Positions 9,384-21,533 of a stretch of 64,000 nucleotides of DNA are shown here, piece after piece. The DNA is from Guillardia theta CCMP2712. Lineage: Eukaryota; Protista; Cryptophyta. Each line of letters begins with the position of its first letter. The stretch's first letter is position 1. A program made the translations under genes and the position numbers. The stretch spans positions 395,483 to 459,482 of the forward strand of contig NW_005434608.1 in the NCBI RefSeq assembly GCF_000315625.1, written 5' to 3'. The notes below the pieces were generated by a model, which saw only the letters and a program-made list of their open reading frames with translations, had not been told where the DNA came from and did not search any database.

Positions 9384-12300
9384 GTTGCCTGCTTCAGAAA
9401 TTTGGGAGGGAATGGTAACAAATCTGTGAGGGGGGGAGCTAACTAATCGTTCTTATTGCAAGAGACTCCAATGATCTCGAGCTTTCACCCCGGCTGTCCT
9501 CTCAGACGGCTCTTCTCAATACAGCTCCTCTCAAACTTAGAGCTCCTCTCAAGCTTGCTGGCTCTGTCCGCTCCTCACAAGGCGTCGCATCGCAGCAAGC
9601 ATTGCCGGGTAGACAGTAAACTCAGGCTGTCTACCTACCCCAACCCGATGGACCCTCTACTGACGTGTACTACCCCCTATTTCCTCTTCTTGGTTGCCTT
9701 CGAAAAAGAGTCAGGCATCCACCGGTGATACCCACTACCCCCTATTGTAAAACCCACCCTATCGAGTAAACTCGATGGCAAGTCCACAGCACCCCACCCC
9801 CTGAACTGCTTCAGATCACCCCTATGGAACGTAGAAGAGGGCTATAAATTCCAAACCTGTTATAAGTTTGGGGATAGAATATGAAATATTTCACTAAAAC
9901 TTTGAAATATTCATAGTGACTTTGAGAATAGTAAAACCACATGGCCCATATGACTGAGATAACTCCACCTTAGATGTGCTGCAGTACCGGTGGATCTACC
10001 CACCTCACCCCCTTTTTATGCTGCGCGGATATAGGTTTACTACAGTGAAACCTCTTCCATGATCGGTCAATTCAAAATACATTTAAACATAAATTATTCT
10101 TTGGATTTGTAAATGTGTTCTATAAAGATAAAAAGAAAGGAAAGGGAGTCAGTTTAATGCGAAGGTGGCGTCCGTGATCATCAATGGTTGTCAGCTGCTT
10201 GCAGGTGGAAAGAATGAAAAGTATATTTTTGGTATCCTATCTTATAAGCCCCTGAGCCTCGTATCTCTACCTGTCAAGAACCACCTTGACGCCAGTGGAA
10301 ACAACCCCTGCCAAAGCCTTTTTATTTAAAAGTGATTATTCCTGGTACGTTACGATCTGGATATACAGGCAGATCCAGTACGAAAGCAGGAAGAAAACAT
10401 TTTAGGAATAAATTCCACAACATATTTTAAAAACAAGTTTGTTGGCCTTTTAGAGGCCTTCTGGTGTTAACATCAGATCAGTGCTGCCGCCATCTCTCAA
10501 TTATATTGATACTTGGGGCGGGCCCGATAAAGAACATAGCGGCCGGGCATTCGACAATTATGGAACCCGGCGAGCTTCCGGCGCTTCCGATGATGCTCAG
10601 TAACTCACTGAGCCGCGACAAGACGAGTCTCGAGGCTCGGAGTCCGAGTCAGGCGGCTCGCGGGGCCCTGAGTCACGTGGCACTTGTTCGGCGGCGAGTG
10701 AGGGCAAGCTTACTCCGTCACGCTGTCGCGGACGGCCCAAGCGAGTCAGGTTGTCAACTTTACGTCGAGTCGCGGCGGCATACTAGACGGTACTCTGACT
10801 GCGGCCAGCCTGCGGAACTTCGGAAGCCATCCAAGTCTCCAGTTCAGGTTTAAGTTCAATCACGCGCATATAAACTTGATACTGGCGACTGAGACATTCC
10901 AAGTTCCGCCGAGCCTCGTGGTCAATCCTCGATGATGTTGAGGTCCGACCAACAGCTGCCACAGCAAGTCAGCAGCGCCGGGGGCCGGGCTCCGACCGGG
11001 CCGCCCGGTGCAACTGAGGAAGAAGCAGACTTGAGGGAATACCTGGGACATCCGGCCCCGACGTGAAGGAAGAAGATATGCCAGGGCTGAAAGCATCGCA
11101 ATCTACGTGGAGTCGGACAGAAAGTTCAGCAGCAGAAGCGGAGGGACAGAACTGAAGTAAGATAGAGGAAGGGGAAGAAACCTCTCCTGGCAGAAGCACG
11201 CCCCCAGCGACAGGATCGCCCATCCGAGGAGAGTGAGGAGAGGCCACAGGCATGTGACGCACACAAGCCAGATCCATGCTGGGACCTGGAGGATCGTCTC
11301 AGCCATGGCTTGTCAAGGTAGCAGGTGAGCAAGAGACCTCGTACATGCGCCGGATCTTGTCGGCAGCGTTCTTGGTCCAAACCAGCGCAACCGGAGAGAC
11401 AACCTAGAGCAGGGAGGAGAGTAAGGAACACGAGGCGCGCTCGTACGCCGCGTGGGTGGCGCGAGGGGGGATTTGGTGGGGGGAGAGGGGACGTTGGAGA
11501 GGACCTCTGTGCCACCGGAGACTGTAGCGATGGTGCTGTAGATGCTGCGACAGAGTGAGAGGAGCAAGACGTTGAGTCCTCCTCGCCTCTCCTCAGTGAT
11601 GCCGTAATCGCTCCGCACCCAGACAGTGCTGGGCCGACCTGTTGCCACAAGAGGGGAGAAGAGTGTAGCGCCGATGTTGAGGAGGGGAGGAGCAGAGTAA
11701 GAGGATGAATCAGCGAGGAGAAAGAGGAGGAAGAACGGAAGGGAAGTTGAGACGGAAGGAAAGTGAAGGGGGAGGGAAAGGGGAAAGGGCGGGGGAAAGG
11801 GAAAGTAAGAACAAGAGAAGGGAAGAGAAGGAGTCCCACCTTGTAGATACCAGTTCACTCCCTGTTCCCACTTCTCCTTCCAGCCCGCGCACGTGATTAT
11901 CCCGGGCGAGCAGCAGTCTGACGCAACCGCCCAGTAGGCAACCTGGACGCCGCTGTAAGGAGCAGCTGACAAAGGAGCAGGAGAGTTCGCGTGCCTGCTT
12001 GAGCGAGTAGGATGTGCCCACTGCGGTCTCCGGGACGATGGGTGCTGCGCACACTTGCTGACCGTCCTGGATTGGAGTGAGGAGAGGGAGAAAGACAACA
12101 GGGTGAGAGGGGGATACTCGATCTGCTGAGACGGTGTTGGAGTGATCGACGATGGTACCTGAGAACGCAATTGAGGAGAACAGCAAGGAAGGAAGCGGCT
12201 GAGGTTGGCTGAGGCGAGCCTCGGAGGAGCAGTGAGCATGAAGAATGGCGGTTAAAAAAGGGTAGTGAAGGGGCGAGGAAAAGACCGTCAAGAAATCCAT

Positions 12301-12719
12301 AGATTCCAAGGTGAGCCTTTGGAAGACGAGAGGGAGCAGGGTCGATGAGCAGTTCTGTGTGCTTGAGGTAGAAAGAAGATTGAACGAAGAGATCGGCTGG
12401 AAAGAAAGATCCCAGGATAGAGAAAAACGCGACCTGAAGGATGAGTTTAAGAAGACAATGAATGAGGGGAGGATAAGAGAGAGGGAGAAGCAAAGACATG
12501 CGAATATCAGAAGCTGGGAGAACATAGAGGAGATATGAAGGAGTGGGGAGAGGAAACTCCTTGCAAATAACGACACTTGCCGTTATTATTAATGTCCCAG
12601 CAGGAAACTCCCACTCATCCGTTTTGATTGAAATGACAATTCCTGTCAAACAACACCAGTGAGGTGAAGAAGGAGAATAACAATGACTAAGAGTGAGAGT
12701 GAAGGAGAGGGTGATAAAG

Positions 12720-12807
12720 AGGGAGAGGGAGAGGGAGAGGGAGGGAGAGAAAGGGAGAGGGAGGGAGAGAAAGGGAGAGGGAGGGAGAGAAAGGGAGAGG
12801 GAGGGAG
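12720..12807 (+). repeat. Purine-only tandem repeat, 20-bp unit GAGGGAGAGAAAGGGAGAGG, ~3.5 copies
   Basis: Directly visible at 12741-12807, preceded by a GA-rich run. Confidence 0.9.
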
Positions 12808-13315
12808 CAAGGCCGCAAGTGAGAATCAACCGATTAGAAATAGTCCTCCTAGAACAGACCCCCAGATTATACACATTTTCGGCATCCCATGATTCAAAGC
12901 TGCGCAGCATGGAAGGCAAGATTCAGTAGTTGAGGTCCACTTAGGAGAAGGCAGGAGGACGAGCAAGGAAGCAATAAGAGCAAAGCGAGGAGGTAGAGAA
13001 AGAGGAGGAGGAAAGGGGAGGAGGTGAAAGCTGAGACGGCTCACCCGTTAACACTATCATCCCCTCGAGGAACGACATGAGTACTAACGCCGACCCCCAA
13101 AACTCTGCAGAGAGCAAGGAAGGAAAGGACAAGCAAAACACGAGTAATCAGTACGAAAGAGTATCCGCTCAATCACAAAGTAGAATGCAAATGACGAAAC
13201 AGAGGAAGGAGGAGATCAGATGAGATTACTTAGAAAATCTCTTGACTTGTTCACAAGTTGTCTCCGAGCTGGAGAATGAAGTCAGGTCCCTCTCACTCAC
13301 AATGCGCAAAGCAAT

Positions 13316-14004
13316 TCATCTCATCGCACATGCTTCACGTTGCATCTGTCTCGCCTGATTCAGCTGCTCTCCTGCATTTCGATCTTGAGAAACTCGACGT
13401 GGAGATCTCCCCTGCTCTGCTCCCTCCCTCACCAACGTTGAAGAACAAGTTTCCTCCATCCCATTTGTAGTTTCTTGCCCGCTATACATCTCAGTCAGTG
13501 GGCATCGTGACCACGAACAGGCTCTGCCTCTTTCGCAGCTTCTTTGTTCCATCCCCAGCTATCATGTCGGCATCAGATACAGCCTCAGCCCATCCAGTGT
13601 GCCAACTCACCCCACGTCCTGCTCTGCTATCCCCTCGTCGTACTCTTTCCGCTTCTCAGGATCACTAAGCACCTGTCGACCGTCGTCATCCTCCTGCATC
13701 TGCGCAGCCTGCAGGCCAGGCGAATGATCCTTACCGTGTATGCCTCGTTGAGCAGGGCGAACTTCTGCTGAGCCTGAGGGTCATGAATGTTCTTGTCGGG
13801 GTGAAGCTTGATCGCCAGCTTCTTGTATGCCTTCTTGATCTGGGCATCTGCACCCCCGGTCAACTCTGTGCAGGCTGGAAGACCTCCCTTCGACCCACCA
13901 GAAACATCCTTGTCCACTCCGAGGATCTCATAGTAGTTCTTCTTTGTGGCCTCCCCTCCGTTCTCGTCCTGGTTGATATCAGGGGGGCGAGTAGTGCTCG
14001 CCAT
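13316..14004 (-). CDS. DnaJ (J-domain) protein, multi-exon; 3' end approximate
   Basis: [38 protein letters not shown]|[12 protein letters not shown], with an intact HPD motif. Confidence 0.85.
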
Positions 14005-14841
14005 GAGAGGAGGCGGTGTCTTCACAGGGCTGGACTTGTTGACATCATCCTGTCCATCTCACTTTCATCATGCCTGCCAAGAGATTGGTAGTTAGCACAT
14101 CCGTCTCCCAACTCCGGTCCTTGGCCTGGGGAATTCTTTCCTCTCTGACTCTACTCCTCATTCGTTCTAGTACTGCATGACCCCCTTCTAAGTTCCCGTT
14201 CTCTCATCAGATGATTCCTGTATCCCCAAACTTTCCCCTGTTACCCTCTGCCCACCTTGTCCTTCCCTGTCCCAGTCGTTCTCACACCATTGGCGCCCAT
14301 CCACCTGCTTTGTCTTGCCGCCTCCTTTGCCCTCTCCCTGATCAAAAATGGCCTTCGTTGCGAATCCGTGATGTCCCCGATTTTTCAAATATTTTGAAAG
14401 TAGTCATCATTATTTGAAACTAAGAAGTAGATAATTTTCAAAATGATTCTGAGATTTCTGATGGCCGTGCTCTCAGTTTAGACGGGACCCCGGCCGTGGC
14501 CCTCGGCGGGCCGGGTAGGGCTTGAGTGGGGATGTGGGGTCAGATACATCTAAAGGGGGTTGCAAAATGCTGACAGAGGGAAACGAGAGCGAAGGAGAGG
14601 GAGGGAGCGATAAGGGATGGATATAGGAGCGAGCTATGGCTGAAGTCATGTTTCATGAGAAGGAAGATGGTAGGTGGGTAAGGTGGAAGCTGCATAAATT
14701 CGATGTTGAAGAGGAACGAACATGGTTGTATATTTGGGGGTGCAGAAAGAATCGAAGAATTGCAGTGTTGTGCGACGTGGGAACTCTCATTTATGCAGTG
14801 CCTCCGTTGCAGGTTTTCTTATCTCGCCCACTGGTATCAAA

Positions 14842-15858
14842 ATGCGCTCCTGGATTGCTCCCCTCTCCGTCGTCCTCGCTACGATGACCGAATTCTCCAA
14901 CGCCTTCACCCCCACCGCTGTTCCGGCTAACGTGAGGCCCTCGCCTCCTCCTCTTGTTGTACTGACGGGCTGCAAGCTCCGTCCATCTCGCACCGCCAGC
15001 TGCGCTCTTCGCATGGGCCTCGACCAAGAGCTCTCGCGCAGGAGCCTCATCCAGGGTCAGTGCCATGGGGGGGGTTCGAGTTGGTTGACAGCTAGCAGGC
15101 TTGTCTGTGGCTGCTGCTGGTGCTGCTCTTCCTGTATTTGCAGCAGAGAAGACGAGCAAGAAAGGTATACAGAGGATGGGCAGCGCTACCTGCTGGTGCC
15201 TGACAGGATGCGGCCAGGGAGTGAGGCTGTGATCGTGAAGCCTGGCCTGTCCTACGTCGACAAGAAGAAGAACGATGGGATCCTGAGCGGGCTGACCGCT
15301 GGCGTGAACGAGGGAGGTGAGAGGAGTCGCCGCTGCTTGTTGGAATGTGAAGGGGTTGACCTGCAGACTTTGTTGTCATCGACTACATCGCGTACCTTAG
15401 AGACGGTGAAAAGTTTCTCCCGTTGCTCAGTCACTGAACCATGCTGTGGCTGCAGGCACCATCTTCGACAACACGCGCAAGAGAGGCAAGCCTGTCGCCT
15501 TCCAGGTGCAGCGAGTAGGTGCGAGTGCGTGTTTGTTGAACGGTGAGGTGGGCAGGTCGGGAAGAAGCAGGTGGTCCCAGGCCTCGACCAGGGGATCATT
15601 GGGATGAAGGCAGGAGAGGCAAGGCAGATCTTTATGAAATCTGAGTTTGGTTATGGAGCACGAGGAGTTTGTCTCGAGGATAAGGGTTGCTTGGTAAGCT
15701 TGCTGCTCGCTACTTCTCTCCCCCCCCCCCCTTCCGATGCCCTCCCCAGCCCCCCTGTCCTCCTTCTCCTCTTCCCCTAACGATCTTCACAGGTTCCTCC
15801 TAACACTGATCTCGTCTACGACGTTACGCTCATCAGTGTTGGACCTTCGCCAATCTAA
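14842..15858 (+). CDS. FKBP-type peptidyl-prolyl isomerase, predicted thylakoid lumen, multi-exon
   Basis: Signal peptide ending SNA-F, transit peptide, SRRSLI twin-Arg plus hydrophobic stretch. FKBP core VGKKQVVPGLDQGIIGMKAGEARQI..FGYGARG..VPPNTDLVYDVTL. Confidence 0.85.
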
Positions 15859-15931
15859 GAGACTGGTGTGTTGTGGAGGAGATGCGAGGGGTTCGAGTAG
15901 CAGGATACAGCAAGTCTCCCTCACGTGCCCT

Positions 15932-18661
15932 TCACTTGTCATCCCCCGAGGCTTTGATCTCCTCCATAACTGTTGCCGCCTCCTCCTTGAGCGCCGCTAG
16001 CTTCTCTTCATCCCCTGGCTTGAAGAGCCACTCCTCGAAGATGGTGTTGCCCTGCCTCAACGTGCCCAGCAGCCTCCCGTCGAGCGACCAAACGCGGACC
16101 AGATGGTCGAACCCTATCGAGATGATCTCCCGCTTCCCCTGCAGCGCTGAGATCGACCGAACGCAGTCGTGTGCATGCCATTGCTGTAGCACGGGGAATA
16201 CTTTGTCGCCGTCCGCAAGTTTCGCCCCCGTTCCTCGTTGCGAGTCATTGAAGCTCTCCCTCGGATTAGGGGGAGGAGGAATCGGAATCGAAGTCGTTCC
16301 CCTCCTCCTGAGCCGCAGCTCCAGGATGTCCGTTGCCTGGGGCTCAGGAACCGGTTGAAGCTCCATACTTTCATCCGGTCTAGAGAAGTTCTTGAGGTTC
16401 TGGAGGAAGACGTCGAGGGACCTGACCTTGATCTCTCCCCCCTCGTCTCCTGTCACGACGCACTTCTCCTCGGGGAAGAAGGCGGCGCACAGGACGACGC
16501 TGTAGACACTCTGGAGGAGGATGTTCTTAATCCTGCTGATGCACTTGAAGCGGAGCGAGACGTGAGCTGGGGGCATCCCCCACAGGCAGACGTTGCCCAG
16601 GATGTCAGCGGAGAGGAGGAGAGGGAAAGGCTCGAGGAACGTGAGGACTGTAACATCCTGCGAGTGGCCCTTGCAAATCCCCTCCAGCACACCCAGCCCG
16701 TAATGCCAAACTAGGATGTGGCCGTCGGCTCCTGACGTGGCCACCAGCTTGAGGGAGAAGGAGTTGGCCAGGCACGTGATGTCCTTGGAGTGACCCTTCA
16801 TCGTCCTCAGCAGCACTCCCTCGTCGTTGTCCATGTCGTCGTGGATGCAGACATGCCGATCCCAGGAGGAGGACAGCAGGCACTTGTCGAGATTGCAGTA
16901 GACGAGCTGGGAAACTTCGTCCCCGTGGGCCTCGAAGGACTTCATGAGAACCCCGTTGATGTAGTTGTGGCAGGTGATGTTCCCTTGGGCGTCCCCGATG
17001 AAGAATTTCCTTTGACGGTCGTCCAGGCACATTGAGATGATCGGGTAAGGCGAGATGTCTGGGAAACTTTTGAGGAGCTGCCCGGTCGACGAGTCCCAGA
17101 TGCGGACGGAGCAGCCGGCAGCGGTGATGAAGGAGTCGATCACCTCGTTGTAGAGGGCGCAAACTATCTCCTCGTCGTCAGTCAGCTCGGGGGTGTGAGA
17201 GAAGCAGAACTCGAACTCCTGGAACTTCCTCGCCCCAGCGGCGATGATCAAGTTCTTGCTGGGCAGGTTGATGTACTGCTTCACATCCTGCAGCCCGGCA
17301 TCGCAAGAGAAGCTCTGCAAGCACTCAAGAGTCCGCAGGTCCCACACCTTGAAAGTCCCCGACTTGTCTGCAGAGAGCAGCTGGTATGCCCCCGTGCGCA
17401 AGGCCACGATGTGGAGGCCGAGCATCGGGGCTCTATGCCCGTGCAGCTCCGTCAGCTTCCTCTCAACGAAGGGGTTCCAGATGAGAATTTCGTCTGACAC
17501 GCCGGCACTCACGATCATCTTCAGCTCGTGCGTGTAGGCGATGGCGATGATGCCGTTCCTGTGCCCTCTGTACACCTTCTTGGGCTTCTTGCCCCCTCCT
17601 TTCTCCCACAGGATCATCGTCCCATCCAGGTATCCCGTCAGAATCCCATCCAGCGAAGGAACGTCCACAATCACTTTGATCGCACTCTTCTGAGCTTGCA
17701 TCTTGACGCTCTTCTGCTCCATCGCGGTGATGTCCCATGTGAGAATATGCCCGTTCACACTCCCGGTGAAAAGAGTAGCGCTCTCTGCATCCCAGAACAG
17801 AGTGTTCTGGTTGTCAGGAGCAACCATCATCGGGCTTCCATCGGGCTTGTTACTGATCACCGCGAACCCGGAAGCCTCCCATACTGACTGCGTGTCCCAG
17901 ATCGTGATGGAGGCGTCGCAAGTGACGGCAACGATCAACTTCTTTACCCGGTTGTCGATGTAGGTTGACGCAAGGACTGCCGCCTTATGAGCAAGGGAGT
18001 GGACGTGTCTCTTTCCGAACAGATCGTAGATCAACAAGTCAAGACTGTTGTTGATGGTAATCCCGATCCAATCTGTCGATTCGTAGTACGATATGCTCTC
18101 TACTTTCTTGGGCAAACTTCTGTCTTCCCAGACCTTCTTTGGGTTGTATCGCATCACCGAACTCGCCTCTAATGCGCCCTCCGCCATCCCTTGCTCATGG
18201 ATGTACTCGTAGAACTCATCCCACTCCATCGTCGCATCCCCATTCACGTCCACCTGAGCAAAAAGCTCGCACAGGGCAGCGACGAGCTGCTCCTCCCGCA
18301 CACTGTTCTTGGTGAGGTACTTGAGCATCACCTTGACAAAGGCCGTCAGCGTCAGGCCATCTTCTTCGTCCATGAACTCTTGACGAATGTCTGATAGATG
18401 ACTCGTGTCAAGGATCATCATGATATCGACCATTGTCTGCGTTTTCCTCTCCTTCATCATCTCCCTGCGTTGAATTACCGTATTGCGCTCTCTGGATCTC
18501 TCCTGGACTTGCATCCTGTTGTTGCTCATGTTGGTGGATTCTCCCTTCACAACAAGCTTCCGATGACCTCCACACTGCGCTAACCCTGATAGGTAGCTTC
18601 GGATGGTCGCCAGATTGTTTTCGGTTTGTTTTGCGAATTTCACCTCCTCCATGGTGGCCAT
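15932..18661 (-). CDS. EF-hand + WD40-repeat protein (WDR49/EFCAB8-like)
   Basis: 909-aa ORF with LFAQVDVNGDATMEWDEF (EF-hand) followed by many WD repeats (ITIWD, ILTWD, GHRNG..LIWNP, FKVWDLR, VRIWD, GHSKD, GHSQD). Confidence 0.85.
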   Translation of the reverse strand: MATMEEVKFAKQTENNLATIRSYLSGLAQCGGHRKLVVKGESTNMSNNRMQVQERSRERNTVIQRREMMKERKTQTMVDIMMILDTSHLSDIRQEFMDEEDGLTLTAFVKVMLKYLTKNSVREEQLVAALCELFAQVDVNGDATMEWDEFYEYIHEQGMAEGALEASSVMRYNPKKVWEDRSLPKKVESISYYESTDWIGITINNSLDLLIYDLFGKRHVHSLAHKAAVLASTYIDNRVKKLIVAVTCDASITIWDTQSVWEASGFAVISNKPDGSPMMVAPDNQNTLFWDAESATLFTGSVNGHILTWDITAMEQKSVKMQAQKSAIKVIVDVPSLDGILTGYLDGTMILWEKGGGKKPKKVYRGHRNGIIAIAYTHELKMIVSAGVSDEILIWNPFVERKLTELHGHRAPMLGLHIVALRTGAYQLLSADKSGTFKVWDLRTLECLQSFSCDAGLQDVKQYINLPSKNLIIAAGARKFQEFEFCFSHTPELTDDEEIVCALYNEVIDSFITAAGCSVRIWDSSTGQLLKSFPDISPYPIISMCLDDRQRKFFIGDAQGNITCHNYINGVLMKSFEAHGDEVSQLVYCNLDKCLLSSSWDRHVCIHDDMDNDEGVLLRTMKGHSKDITCLANSFSLKLVATSGADGHILVWHYGLGVLEGICKGHSQDVTVLTFLEPFPLLLSADILGNVCLWGMPPAHVSLRFKCISRIKNILLQSVYSVVLCAAFFPEEKCVVTGDEGGEIKVRSLDVFLQNLKNFSRPDESMELQPVPEPQATDILELRLRRRGTTSIPIPPPPNPRESFNDSQRGTGAKLADGDKVFPVLQQWHAHDCVRSISALQGKREIISIGFDHLVRVWSLDGRLLGTLRQGNTIFEEWLFKPGDEEKLAALKEEAATVMEEIKASGDDK

Positions 18662-19317
18662 GGACTCTGTTGATCCTTTTTAAGGAGAGGGATTCAAGTT
18701 CGTCAAGTGAGGATGAAGCATTCACCTGACAAGAGATTCAGTCAGGTTGAATTCAATGGCAGCAACACAATGCCCTTGCATACAAGCCAGCATGTTGCAA
18801 ACAGCCACGACAAGCAAGAAACGAAACCATCATTACCCCTTCTCTCTCAACTCCTCTCTGCCTGCTTGCCTGCCTCTTGGTCAGCCATCCTTCCCTTCCC
18901 TTCCCTTCCCTTTCATTGCCTCCCTCCCCTCCCCTCCCCTCCCTCCTCCTCCTACTCCTACTCCTTCCTGGCAAGATTTGCACATTGTTCTTCAACGGAA
19001 GCTGCCGTTTGAAACCGTTTTCTTTTACACATTCTCATTGATTTTTTTATTGGAAACATTGCAGTGGGATGGCGGTAGAGTAGGGGTCATCAAATTTATG
19101 GGGTGGTACTGTACTACCAAAAGGTGGGTAATACAGTGATAATACATAGGGTCCGAGATGAAACTGAATATTTCCAGGGTAGGGTAGGGAGCATTTTGAA
19201 GGAAAAAGAAAGGTTGGGGCGGGGGTGGAACTCTGCCGAGGATTCATGCACGTGCGGCAGTGAAGGCGCGCGGCATGCGGAGGAGATGAGAAGCAGGTGA
19301 GTGAGCGAGTGAGGGGA

Positions 19318-19398
19318 GATGTTGTCTGTGATGTTATGAGAGAAGATGTCGTCTGTGATGTTATGAGAGAAGATGTCATCTATGATGTTATGAGAGAC
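19318..19398 (+). repeat. 27-bp tandem repeat (GATGTCGTCTGTGATGTTATGAGAGAA), 3 copies
   Basis: Directly visible, with few mismatches between copies. Confidence 0.9.
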
Positions 19399-19763
19399 GA
19401 TATTGCCTGTGATATTATGGTTGAATCATGATCTTTGCCTCTTGCAGCTTGCTGTATATTGTTTAATTTACTTTGAAGTGTGTATGCTCCGTCAATGGCT
19501 GTTGTATCTACGGTGCTGTTTTTCCCGTGGCATGCACCGTTTCAACAAGCAGCAACATGCGATGAATGCGGGTATCGGCGGACTGTTGTTGTCTAGATGA
19601 GCAATCTGCTTCACCCCAAGCTACATCTGACATGTTCCCTATGTCGATTTGTGTGTCGTTCACTCCTGAGAGTATTTTTGTGTATCCTTCATGTTGACAT
19701 TGGATATGATTCCAGGTTCCTCAGGGATAAAAACCCTGTGACAATGCACTTCGCATGTACATT

Positions 19764-21220
19764 ATGTATCATAAGATATTTTTTCCAATGTAGAATGTGT
19801 TCTTGTACAGTCAAACCTGAGTAAAATGTCGATTCTATTCTGCACCTTGTCCAGCGCGTTCTGCAGCGAACGCCACCTCAACGTGTCCACCGCACACTCG
19901 TCGATCGACAGCCCCTTTACGATGTCCTGCTTAGCCTGTGATCATGCACTCATGCTGTAGCTTATCTATCACGATCCAGGGCAACGTAAACCTGAGCGCC
20001 GAAGAGAACATCCCCGATTTCTATCACAGCCAGGAACGAGGGGAAATTGTGTTTCATTCACCCTTCATGTTCCAAGGTTCTTCTAGGTCCTTCTAGATCG
20101 CGGACAAGGTGGATACCATCGAACCACCTCATCAACTTGCGTCATCGATTCAACGGCGTCATCTCTCCCATGTATCGAAACCCGAACTTGGAGAAGCGAT
20201 GACGAAACAAGCAGAGCAAGACAACTGCAGCTGCCATGGCGACAAAGGCGAGCTGTGCGTTGTCTGTACTGCTGCACCATACTCCAGGTCCCTCGCACCC
20301 ACCTTGCGACCTCTGCATGGAGCTTGCACGAGCATCGAAGTCGCTAGCCGACATCCCCGCTCCTCGTTGTGTAGGAGGCTGCCGACACATGTTGAGATCC
20401 TCACCGTGCCATTGGCACAGGTACCGTCGAACTTCCATGAAACGGTCGCGCTTTCCTGACATCCTGCGATGCTAGGGATGGGGTTTTGTCGAGCAATGCA
20501 GGAAGAAGGTGGGGAGGATGAGAATAGAGCCAACAGAGAGCGTGAAAGCAGAGCGCGAAAGGACAGCCCTCACCTTCACTTCAGTTCCCTTGCGGTGTAA
20601 TCAGAAACAGCCAACGGCACGGCTCTCCTCCAGCAAGCAACGTAGAGCATCCCAGTAGTCGTTGTCGTCTTCATCATCGTCCTCTCTCTCCTGGAACTCC
20701 TCCTCGCTCTTCCTCGTATAGCTTACTGCCTCCCATGGCTCTTCCTTAGGTCAGAGGACCCCACCCATCATCTTGAAGGTGGTTCACGGGGAAATAGACC
20801 CCTGTGACATCAAGCTGTACCCTCTTGCAACCTGCTTGCAACCAGGCTTAGCTTGCAACCATGTGGTTTGGAGGGGACGAGGGACAGGAGTGATCGAGGG
20901 ACCAGCCAAGTCAACGATGTCGTACACCTGAGCATAGCAGACGATGGTGAATGAACTGAGGGGACAGCTGCTCGGATGCTATCAGGATCAACCTACGGAG
21001 CTGGTCTCCCTATAGACTGAGACACGCAGGATCCTCGATCCGGTAGCATCGTTATGAAGGAGCGGCAGCGAGCCCTGTGTGATCTCCTCTTCCACTGCCA
21101 TTCTAGAACTTTCCGTCTACTGTCTCGGCTGCAATGTAGCAACATGTCGGGGAAAGCATTGACGAGTTCGTAGTCAGGGGAGCGAGAGCAGATGGGGGAA
21201 GGAGAGGAGTCGATAAACAT
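19764..21220 (-). CDS. Probable multi-exon hypothetical protein with one transmembrane helix; structure unresolved
   Basis: Coding-looking pieces: acidic EEEFQERE..DDNDYW, RYLCQWHGEDLNMC..LAFVAMAAAVVLLCLFRHR (TM followed by basic residues), AKQDIVKGLSIDECAVDTLRW, separated by GT..AG segments. Confidence 0.35.
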
Positions 21221-21533
21221 GCACTGACATGGTCAGTTTCTTTCACCGCTCAGATGGGATGGTGTCTCTGAGAGAACTCGCAGGTGACTGAAGCAAAGTT
21301 TGATCTTAAGACTGTACGTTAAAGTCGGCATGAAATGGACAGGCATCCAAGTTTCGATGTGTCAAAGTTGATTGAAGATGATTCAAGAGACCTCGCGTAT
21401 CAAGTTCCTAGTCTTCAACCGACGACACTTGTTCTCTTTGACACTTCATCGATATTTCGTGGTATGGTCCAAACAAGCAGGGTATATCACACAAACGTGT
21501 CTATTCGCAGGCAGGCCTTGTGTCTATTGCCGA

